Source: Cirrosporium novae-zelandiae (lineage: Eukaryota). Taken from it: a stretch of DNA of 49,603 nt. Positions 37,016-47,719 of the stretch are shown one piece after another. The notes under the pieces are model-generated. The model was not told where the DNA came from. It saw nothing but the letters and a program-made list of their open reading frames with translations, and did not search any database. The stretch's first letter is position 1; the number at the start of each line of letters is the position of its first letter. A program made the position numbers and the translations under genes. The stretch covers positions 62,001 through 111,603 of the forward strand of contig JAPETS010000060.1 of the NCBI GenBank assembly GCA_026023565.1. The letters run 5' to 3'.

Positions 37016-40000
37016 TCACCCCTGCTCCAACCTCCCCCCCATCAACTCCTCGACGCCCCTCCCCCCCAACTCCGGCACCGTCCCCAGCACCAACGCTTCC
37101 AGAATCCCATACACGACTCTACGATTCATATATCCATCTTCGAAGATCCTGACAAAATGTTCCTCAATCTCCCGGACCAGCAGTTCGTTTTTCGTTTCAT
37201 CCCCTTCATCCCCATCTTTATCTTTCGATGGTGGCGATAGTGGAAAATACAACTTCATAACCGATTCCGGAAGGACAGAAGCAATAGCCTCGGCGCAGCG
37301 ACGACGGAGAACGAGAGTTTCGGATTCGGACGGCGCGGGGGGGGCAGGCGGGCCCAGGGTGTTTTGGGGGAAGAAGTTTAGGCGGAAGGATAGGAGGAGG
37401 GGGGCGAGGAGTTTGGTTGGGGTTGTATTGGAAAGGTAGGTGTGGAGGGTTTGGGATAGGAATCTGCCATTGGAAGAGATGGGAGGTGTTAGTAGGGGTT
37501 CTCTCTCTTTCTTTCTTTTTTTGGAGGTTGGGTTGGTTGGTTGAATGGTTTGATGGTTTGATAGTTGGTTTGATGGCTGGCTAGCTGAGTGAATGTATGT
37601 ATGTATGGAATGTCTGTGGGTGTATGGAAATCTCGAGATGTCAGATGTGAGATTTCGTTCTGTCTGTCTTGTCTTGTTCTGTCACAAGGGGGAAATAACG
37701 TAGGCTTCTACGTAGAATGGAAGGAGAGATAATCGATAACCTCAAAGAGGATAGGATAGATAGGGAGGGGTTCAAAGCCGGAAGTCGGAAATCCATCAAC
37801 GATCGCATTTCGCGGAGTTTTTGTGACTTGACAGCCTCACTTGGTTTCATTTTTCTAATCCCCCCCCCACCACATTCATCATTCATCTCTCATCTCGCCT
37901 CACGTTCATCTTGCCCTAAGCCCTGCCAAAATATCACTATCATCAACATCCATACCCCCCCATGCTTTGCACATTGCAATGCCACATGCCCTGGCGGTAT
38001 AGGTAATCATTAAAATGCGTTGCCCGGTTTCTATTCTTTCACATGTTGGTTCGCTCACTTGCACCTTGCATCTGCATTGGAATCATGGCATGCTCGTACA
38101 AGTACCACAAGTGTACAGCAGGAACGGGAGGGTCATCACCCCCGCCCAGGGATAGCGCCTTATTTGCAGGGTCCTGACTTTCGACCTAGGAAATAAAAGT
38201 AGACGGATGACAAGGATGGCATTGATGGGGTTCATGTGCGGGAGAGGATTCGGTCCGTCCGTTCCTTTGTACTCGAGCGAGAGCACGGACATGGCATGTT
38301 TGAGCGTAGGGTCCAGAACCCCAAAGTCTGAACCTCCAAGTGAGATTTGGGCGCTTAATCAAATATTGTCAGAAAATGTTTTGACGTACGACAATACCAT
38401 GGTTGTGACGGTGTGGTACATGTCGTAGAGTTGGGGCGCATTAGATCAGACATTGATGACAGGATTGTAATCATCAAATCGTTCAGATAAACCGATACCT
38501 TCTTTCTGATTGATCCAATGTATTCTTAACAGCCGGACTAATTGTACGGATTTGGGGGTGAGCGCAACAATATCATTGGTCGAAAATTCAAAAAAAAAAT
38601 GTTGCATTTGCATTTTCAACCGATCATATGCCTGATAAAAATGGCCTTGCAATTGGTAGTGGTGTAAGCATTGTTGGTCAGCAGCATCGCACATTGTTCA
38701 ACATGACGGAAAAGTTGTTTGCGATTCGTATCCATTGCAACTATTCTTGTCCAGGCTTGTAGATTGGGTACAAACATCTCGAAGGAATTTCTGACGGTAA
38801 ACGGTAGACGGTCACCGAAAGGATCCTGAGTGGAAAAACAACTTGGATGGAAGCGAGATGATGATCTATGCCGTCTGTGGGCTACCGTACATTTGCATTT
38901 GTTATTTTCCCCCTTGGCGTTTGCAGTGGAGACTGCTGCAGAGTTGCTCGGACAGCCACCTTGGGGTGTATCGTCGATGGGTTTGCCTCTGGATTGCATT
39001 GTTCATCATCATCTGCGGCAAGATAACGAGTATCGGAGAGGTCACTCGGGAGGTCGCTGAAACAGGAGGGGGGCATGTTTGCTTGATTGGCGAAGGATGC
39101 AGACACTTCGAAATCAGATGACTGAACTCATATGCGAGAGGAGTTATCGTTCGGATCCGAATCCAGGGTGTTGCGTCCAATCAACACCACACTCTTTCAT
39201 CATCATTTTCCATACCCCCCTGATCATTCAACATACACAATGGGATTGCAGTGTAAGATACAATGCCGTCCCAATTCTTCCAATCCTTTCAGATGATTTT
39301 GTGCCAGGCAATAAATGAACGTCTAGTAATAATAAAATGTCTCAAGGAAATTTAATTCGACAACTCACCTGTCCACAATTCCATCTGTGTCACCCACCTG
39401 CCCGGGTCCATCAATCACTTGGTGTTGGACCAGCGACAGTATCCCCGCAAGCCATGGCATGCGCGTAGACAGATCCAGCAATGTCGAAACAAGCGAAAAT
39501 AATCTATATGCCAGTATCGGTCGTCGTCGACCACTTCCGATACGTGATGGGTTAAACGACCCTTCAATTGGAGTTTTGGTAGGTGGGGTGGTCGATGCCG
39601 ATACGGTTCCAACCCAGGTTTGACGAGACGGTATTGTTCCTGCTTGAAATAAACCAACCACCACGAATCGAAACACCACCAATGTTAGGTAGCAATACTG
39701 AAGCACCTGCCAGAGCACTATCGAGATCCGCCACGACGGTACCTTTGACCCCGCGGATGATCCTTTATTTTTTTCCGTGGATACGGATGGTAGAAGTCCA
39801 CACTTTTCCAATTGACTCTCTTTTGATTCCACACTATGTTCGGGCGCAGCTTTCTGCGAGTGTATCTCCACCGCCTTGATGATGCTACTCCAGATGAACC
39901 AACCCTCGCAGAGCTTTCCAGCAATGCCAGATCCTATAATCAAGTCGGCCAAAACATCTCCAACCAATGTGCGCAGAGGCGCATTTTCCAGATCCTCTGT

Positions 40001-40784
40001 CGGCAACAGAACTGCCAGTGTCCCTTGCACCAGCAGCTGCCGATATGCCGTCTCGTTTACTTGTTCCTCTTCAATCGATTCTGGTATCGAAGGGTCGGGC
40101 ACCGGCGACAATGCTGGATGTGGATTTAAGGTGTGGTAGATATGTCTTGGATCAGACGCCAGCTGTGGGGGATGGAAAGGTCGATGAGCAGCCCTATACG
40201 CTGATGGGATTCATTAGCCATATGTTACATATAGCCAGTCCATTGTAGCTTGTCCTACCCACAACATGTGCCTCCACCAAAGCGGGAATTTCATCGAACA
40301 ATAAAAGTTCGAGATCAACTTTTCTTAGACGTTCTTCCAGTGCGCGGGTGCAATGTGCGATCAGTTGCACAATCTCATCGACAAAAACCCGGTCGGGAGT
40401 AATCCTTCCATACCAACTATATACGTATTCTTTCAGCACAATTGCAATTATCGCGTAAAGTTGGAGGTCAATCTCGTTTGAGCTTGTTAGGGGAGGCAAC
40501 AAGTCTTCGATGGGACGAGGGGTATTTCGATTATCTTGATACGAATTCGCGGGACAAAGAACTCGTCGGATAAGAGCTGCAGTGGCTCTATCGGAGGTAT
40601 CTACTGGAAGTGTGGCGGATCTTGACACGGGAGTGTGGGATTTCGTTGGAGAGGGAGGCTGAGACGAAGCTGTTGATTTGGTCACAAGGGCATCCAGATG
40701 GGCGCTGCTGGCTGTTGGAGGAGCCTTGAGACGAGGTTGAAGGGGAGTTGGCGCTCGATGAATATGGGCTGTCATTATAATCAT
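37016..40784 (-). CDS. PXA-domain protein, 3 exons, with a 1,905-nt last intron
   Basis: Exons ~40784-40259, 40200-39369 and 37463-37016 join in frame: LLPPLTSSNEIDLQLYAIIAIVLKEYVYSWY..YRQLLVQGTLAVLLPTEDLEN..DGIVDR|FLSQTL..FFPQNTLGPP..YMNRRVVYGILEALVLGTVPEL. Donor GTGAGT at 39368; branch TACTAAC ~37494-37488; acceptor CAG ending at 37464. Confidence 0.9.
37600..39310 (+). ncRNA. TER: Candidate telomerase RNA (TER), antisense within the PXA intron; ends approximate
   Basis: Template-like GCCCTAAGCCCT at 37913-37924. Core-enclosing helix 37890-37908 with 38844-38861. Pseudoknot with U-rich and A-rich strands at 38601-38843. Terminal helix 37602-37630 with 39207-39237. Junction arm 39083-39184. 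Sm-like GATTTTG at 39295-39301. Length ~1.7 kb is in the range of filamentous-fungal TERs. Confidence 0.8.
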
Positions 40785-41081
40785 AAAAGAATTCGTAAAG
40801 TTTCAGGTTTCAAGTCATTATTCCAAGGTGATGTTATTTTTTGCTTGTTTTGCTTGTTTTGCTTGTTGCGACCCTGAAGATGAGATTCTCGGTCGCAATT
40901 CAGCTCAGTGGCTTCTTAATTTCCCCTGACGTAGCCGATAAGATAAGTCAAGACGCGCCCACTTTAAGCCCCGAGGCCTTGACTCACCAAAGCTATTTAC
41001 TTTCTCTTGTTCTTCTGACAATTCCCACAGCTTCCACAACAATCATCCTATTTTATTTATTAAATACATACCTGGGCCATA

Positions 41082-42849
41082 ATGACTTTTTCAAGTATTG
41101 ATGAAAATGAAAAGATTCCTCTCTGGCTTGACTGCGATCCAGGTAGGTAATCCTTAATCCTTTGGCTTACCCCCCCCCCCCCCCCCACTTCTTCCTTTAT
41201 CTTCCTTCATCCTCTTCCAGGATAATCTAATTATTTCTAGGACACGATGTATGCGTTGCAACTCATAATATTTCTTCCAGCTAGGTCTATCGAGCCGGAC
41301 ATTAGTAGCTGATAAAAAAGTCAAGGATGCTTTTGCTATTCTTTTATCCGTCTATTGTTCGGCTTTCAATTTATTAGGCATCTCTACTGTCCACGGGAAT
41401 GCCTCTCTTGACCATACCACCATCAATGGTAAGACATTTGTACTTTAATATTGGTTCCAAATCTGTAGTCAACTCTAGAGGCCAAGCATCTAGAGAGATT
41501 TTTAGAATTATATCTGAACAAATTTTGTACACTCGTTGGCTAATGTTCATTCCTTGAGTTCTCGAGAATTCCTTTCTTGTCGTTCATGTGGATATCACTT
41601 GTTTTATACTGTATCTGAGATATAGTATGATAAATGCTTACAATTTTCAGCTCGTCGAGTTCTCGCCGCCCTCAATCGTTCCGATATCGAAGTTTACCCA
41701 GGGACGGCGAAACCTTTCTGCCGACCTCCAGCATTTGCTCCTGATATCCATGGTCAAATCCACCTCTCGCCTTTCTAATTTCTTGAGTTCATAGTGAGCT
41801 AACTGGTATATGTTCTACGCAGGATCATCTGGCCTTGACACCCCTATCCCGCTACCGGAGGCCCCGCCTCCTTCCCTTAACCAGCCCAATTTCCTTTTAG
41901 CTATGCGCTCCGCAATTCTTGCTCAGCCGGCGAATACAGTGTGGGTGGTAGCAACCGGCTCTCTTACAAATGTTGCTCTGCTCTTTGCTAGCTTTCCAGA
42001 GATAGTCACTCATATTCGAGGTCTCTCCGTCATGGGTGGAGCCATTGGGAATGAGTTTACAACTGCAAACTTGGGAATAGTGGAAGGGGAGGATCCAAAC
42101 GAAGGACGAAGATGTGGGAATCGTACGCGATGGGCAGAATTCAATATATTCGTAAGTGATACTCATTGTTTGGCACTTTGAGGGACGAAGAACCTGGCAC
42201 AGGTATGGCTTTGTTTTCCGTGAATTGGGTAGCCTCTGGTTGGAGTTTGAGAGTACGGGACGGCCTGAAATATAACCTCCAAAGATCATACACACCAAAA
42301 CCACTGACAGGTATTCATCTACAGGTCGACCCCGAATCTGCCGCCTCCATCTTCAGTAACCATGTTCTTGCCTCGAAAACCGTTCTCGCCCCCCTGGACC
42401 TCACACATCTAGTTCTCGCCACCGAGTCTGTGCAATCCCTAATGCTCTATGGATCATCTTCTCCTACTGCTACCTCACCCTCTCCCCTCCGCCAAATATT
42501 CCATGGCATCTTGACCTTTTTCTCCAAAGCTTACTCTGATACCTTTTCTCTCCACTCCCCACCGCTCCATGACCCTATTTCGGTCGCAGTGTTGTTAGAT
42601 AGCTATTCAAACCCAGACTACCAGATCGCTTTCGATGATAACAACGGTGAGAGATGGGAGGTCACAGTTGATACATCGCCATTTCCACCAGGTAGGCAAG
42701 AGGGCCCAGAAGCGAAAACTGGTATGACTTTGGTAAAAAAGTTGCCAGCGGGAGAGAAAGGGGTGAGAATTCCCAGGGGATTGGATACTGAAAAGTTTTG
42801 GAAAGTTGTGAATGAGTGTTTGTCAGTGGCAGAGACGAAGAAGGACTAG
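41082..42849 (+). CDS. URH1: Inosine/uridine-preferring nucleoside hydrolase (uridine nucleosidase)
   Basis: Spliced IPLWLDCDPG|HD|DAFAI..LGISTVHGNASL..DIHGSSGLD..VATGSLTNVA..MGGA..AEFNIF|VDPESA..PLDLTH..PPLHDPISVA. About 6 exons. Divergent from the PXA gene. Confidence 0.93.
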
Positions 42850-43350
42850 GGACATACAATAGAGGGCTTGATAGAATTGATAGAATAATTGTTTTGGGAT
42901 AGGGAGCATGAAGAGTCTAAGCCATTAAGCTTGTACCTGATCAGCTACTGACCAGTGATCCGGCGGCCCGTTCCGTACTTGGCTGTTGGTCCGTTTTCCG
43001 GCACAATTCATGTCCGAACCATGATGTAAATTTATTGATTCACATTTCCATCAGACAACTTTCTCCCCCACCACTCCCCGCCTTTCATCCCCATTATTCG
43101 TGCATCTTCTACTCCATGGCTCGTGATTCTATCTGCCAATTTCAAATAACCTAACCCTGTCACCTCTTTTACGGTGATATACTCATCATTGTCATCATCA
43201 TTGTCATTATTATCCGACCCGCTTTGTTTCATCAAGCACATCTCGAGGGAATTATGACAAACTGGCATTAATATCCTCTTATTTCCGAACCGATAACCTA
43301 TCTCAAGACATGGGATTTGCAAGATGAATCCCATATAGCCGCGAGATGAG

Positions 43351-44241
43351 GCTAATTATGCAATAAACATGTACGTTGATTGAAGCCATAATTTACAATA
43401 TCTGGAAGACTGGTGATTACGCACAAGGCTGCAGACAATCTAGATTATTTCCTGTTCCTGAGAAACTGTTCGTCGTTTGCAGAGGGATCCCTAAACTTAT
43501 AGTAACCAAAGAGGCATGGACAACCTCTACAGAGCCCACTATGCGGCCATGCCTCTAGGCTATCAATTTCAATATCGTTGGAACTTCGGAACGGAACTTT
43601 TGATCCGATTTTCTTTCTTTTGTTGCCTGTTATCTCTTTTTTTAGTCTATCGTTGGACGAGGTTATTTGGTTATTTGGTTATTCAGATGCTACTACTGCG
43701 TATTGTATGCGCATCATTCAATACTAAAGTAGGAACTCTTAAATCCCCGCTGGAGAAATGCGCCCCGAATGCCTCGGTATAGAATACCCTGGTCCGCTTG
43801 GACTGCGATTGGTGGGAACTGATAATATTCCCCGGACAATCTTGCCTGTCTTACCCCATGTTACCCCATGATCCACCACCAGCGCTTTGAATATCACTTA
43901 ATTCCATTTACAGACACTGTACCTGCTTCAGTAGATCGCCAAGAATGCACCATGCAGTTCCAACGGTCAAAACGTTGGAATTTCATTTATATTGTCTAGT
44001 CTTCTTCATACAATAGCCGTTGGCCAATGATTCTGGCACTCCTCTCTTTTACTTGCTTATGATGGAAGTAAATGCGATGATCCCTTCAAACTATTGCCTC
44101 TATTCTATTTCTAGCAATTGGAATGGTCGACTCACGGTGAAACTCCTGAGAACCGAGTATTACTACCCCGCTATCATTTCTCCGAGCTCATGATCGTATC
44201 TAAGATTGCTATCGTATTTGCTGTACCAAAGTCCGGTGGGG
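43351..44241. promoter_or_regulatory. Possible XlnR (GGCTAA) and CreA (SYGGRG) sites upstream of the GH51 gene
   Basis: GGCTAA at 43351; CTGGAG ~43750; GCGGGG (minus strand) ~43745 and ~44166; GTGGGG ~44236. Short motifs that also occur by chance. Confidence 0.3.
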
Positions 44242-44355
44242 TGCTATAGGGACATAAGAAGGAATGCTTGGCCACGATGATGTCTGCACTTGCACCAAGG
44301 TATTTCTAGGTTACCTTCAAACTTGGTACGAGGTATATCGAAATAGAACGACACA

Positions 44356-46642
44356 ATGTTGACGGGCAGTCTTGTTGCGCTCTCCCTGGTGGGCTTGGCC
44401 CGCGCCCTCAATATCACTGTTTCTTCGAGTGGTGGAAACTACTCGTCTGGTCTTGAGTATGGCATCATGTTCGAGGTACGCTGGTCCATTTTATATTTTT
44501 TGTGTCTTTCTGACAATGCGACAGGATATCAGTCATTCCGGAGACGGTGGCATCTACGCCGAACTTATTCGAAACAGGGCATTTCAAGGCAGCACCACCT
44601 ATCCTTCAGTGGTTGATCCGTGGACATCGGTAAACGACGCAGTCTTGACTCTCAAAAACCTTTCCAATCCCCTTTCCGAATCACTTCCAACATCCCTTAA
44701 TGTCGCAGCAGGCGACTCCTCGTCCACCACCATTGGTATTTCGAACCCTGGTTGGTGGGGTATTGAGGTTAAAGAGCAGGAGTATACCGGTTCATTCTAT
44801 GTCAAGGGTGCTTATAGTGGGGATTTCACAGTTTCTCTAGTGTCGTCTTTGACCAATGAGACCCTTGGTAGCACCAGCATCACTTCGAATTCTACCGCCA
44901 GTCAGTGGACCCAGTATGAATTCACGTTGACACCTTCGGGCACCACAAATGAGAATAACACCTTTACCATTACTTTTGATTCATCAGTATGTATCACAAC
45001 CAAAGTTCCTGGATTTCATCTAACAAACAGTATAGAAAACCAATGGATCCCTAGATTTCAATCTGATCAGTCTCTTCCCTCCAACTTATAACGGCCGAAA
45101 GAATGGTCTCCGCAAGGATCTTATGGAAGCCCTAGCCGATCTTAAGCCCGTATGTGATTACTCAAGATCTCTAGATTATGCTAACACACCTAGTCCTTCT
45201 TGAGAATGCCCGGAGGAAACAATCTTGAAGGCGAAAGCCCACCTGATATGTGGAAATGGAACGAGACGATTGGAGACTTGAAAGATCGTCCGGGAAGGAC
45301 AGGTCCTTGGGGATACATCAATACCGACGGTCTCGGTCTCGTTGAATACCTCCAATGGTGCGATGATTTGGATATGGAACCAGGTAGGTTTGGTATTATG
45401 CCTACAATCTAATTTCTTACTTACGAACATGTCTCAGTCCTTGCCGTCTGGGCCGGACTTTATCTCGACGGAACCGTCATTTCCAAAGCCGGGTTGACGA
45501 CCTACATCGAAGACACAATGAACGAGCTAGAATTCATCATGGGTGACACCTCGACCGAATACGGAGCACTCCGAGAATCTCTTGGCTACCCGGATCCCTG
45601 GACGATCAAGTACATTGAAGTTGGTAACGAGGACAACCTGAACTCTGGACTATCCAGCTACCAGAGCTATCGATTCTCAGACTTTATGGATGCAATCCTA
45701 GAAACATATCCAGACATGGAAGTCATTGCTTCGACTGTCGTCCTTGATCCTAACCCAACCGGTGCCGCGGGAGATTATCACCAGTATACCCGACCCGACT
45801 ACTTTGTCAGCCAGTTTGATTTCTTCGATAACGACTACACCAGTGCGCACCCAACTCTCATTGGCGAGTATGCCGTGATCCAGCCAAATCTTGGAGATGG
45901 CTCCGGTGCCAATTGGAGCACAAGCAAATTGCGATTCCCAACGTGGATTGGTTCTGTGAGCGAATCTATCTTTACCATTGGAATGGAACGAAACTGTGAC
46001 AAGATGATTGGTGCTTCATATGTAGGTTTTCTATTTCCTTTAGCGCACACTACATACCAAAACCACCAGATCAAAAAAAATGTTTCTAACTTCTCAACAG
46101 GCTCCTCTCTTCCAAAATCTCAACTCATACGAGTGGTCTCCAGACCTAATCTCCTATTCAGCCTACTCAGACAACACCGTCCTCTCAACCAGCTACTACG
46201 CAATCCAAGTAAGCCCTCCCCCCTCCCTCCCTTCCATATCCCATATCCCATACCCCTCCCCACCTTAAGCAAACCTCACTAACGCCCCCCCCAGCTCCTC
46301 TCCACCCACCGCTTCACGCAAAACCTCCCCACAACCTCAACCTTCGACCCCCTCTACTACGTCGCCGGTCTAAACAACGAAACCTCCACCTACGTCTTCA
46401 AAGCCGCCGTCTACAACACGACCTCCTCCGCCGACGTAGACGTAAGCCTCGCCTTCGATGGGCTGGCTGCATCGGTCACGGCGACGATGACGGTGCTGAC
46501 GGCTCCGAGCGGGTACGCGACTAATACTGTGGGGTCGAATGTGGTGGAGACGGCGGTGCAGACGGTTGTTGCGGGGGCGGCGGGGGTGTTGGAATTTAGT
46601 TTGCCGGAATTGAGTGTGGCGGTTTTGGAAGTTGCAGCTTAG
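44356..46642 (+). CDS. abfA: Secreted GH51 alpha-L-arabinofuranosidase A
   Basis: Signal peptide; [84 protein letters not shown]. Last exon ~46294-46642 ends [15 protein letters not shown]. About 6 introns. Confidence 0.95.
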
Positions 46643-46999
46643 TGAGTGGGTGTTGAGATGGTAGACGTCAGGAAGGGGGTTTAGTTTGGATATTCTATAT
46701 TATACAGTATATGGTGTGTATATATACACATATGCACACACCACTACATCGATATAAGCCCATACGCCCATAGCTTCATAAAAGAAAGGTTAATAAACCA
46801 GCAAGAACACCAAATAAATAAATAAATCTTAAATTGAACCAACAGCCCCCATGTTACGGTTCCCTATTAAGTTAGACTGCTAGGGCCATCTTTATAAGCT
46901 GAACTCCCTACCTGAGATTCTAGACCTTAGTCAACAATATCCACGCCAGGTACACCCTCCTATTAGGCATCGTAACATCCCCCCCCCTCCCCTCTTACA

Positions 47000-47676
47000 A
47001 ATCATAATAACCTCGACTTCGATCTCTATCTTAGCTTATCTATTATATATAGCTTCAGCATAACTTATTCTATGCTATGCTTTATACTTTACCCTATATA
47101 CATCGTACACTCATCCCTCCCCTTTCCTTTCCTTTCCTTTCCTCTCCTCTCCCCCTTCTCCCCCGCCTCCAAAAATCAAAAAATCAAAAAAATAGCCAGC
47201 CCAAATCTTACGACAACGCACCCAGGTTATATATCCTTATCCTTATCCTAATATCCTAACACTAAATTATCCTACCATCAGATATCCATATAAATTCAAA
47301 TAGCAGATAATAAATAGATTTATCCCACGTCCCTTTGAGCCACTTTGGCTTAATGCTTAATGCTTAGCTAGGTTAAAAAAAAAAGAGTGTTGGTTTGGGT
47401 TATAACGGTAAATTTGAATTAACAACCTTGGAGGGTGTTTTTTTTTTTTTTTTTTTGAAATCATAACAGTCTTAACCATCCATCGCATTATTGCTATATC
47501 CTAAGTCCCCTCTCAATTTATCCTAAACCATTACTATAAGCTCCAACGATAAATAATAATTACTATACAGCCTTATCCTAAGTCCTATAGTCTATACCGT
47601 ACAACCTTCTTTCCGTCTCCTCTCCTCTCCTCTCCACCCCCCCAAAAAATAAATAAAAAAAGAATTCGCCGAAATA

Positions 47677-47719
<43 letters not shown>

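Noticed and set aside
37641..39318. Short ORFs inside the PXA intron
   Set aside because: No recognisable motifs or consistent exon structure; an ncRNA explains the region better.
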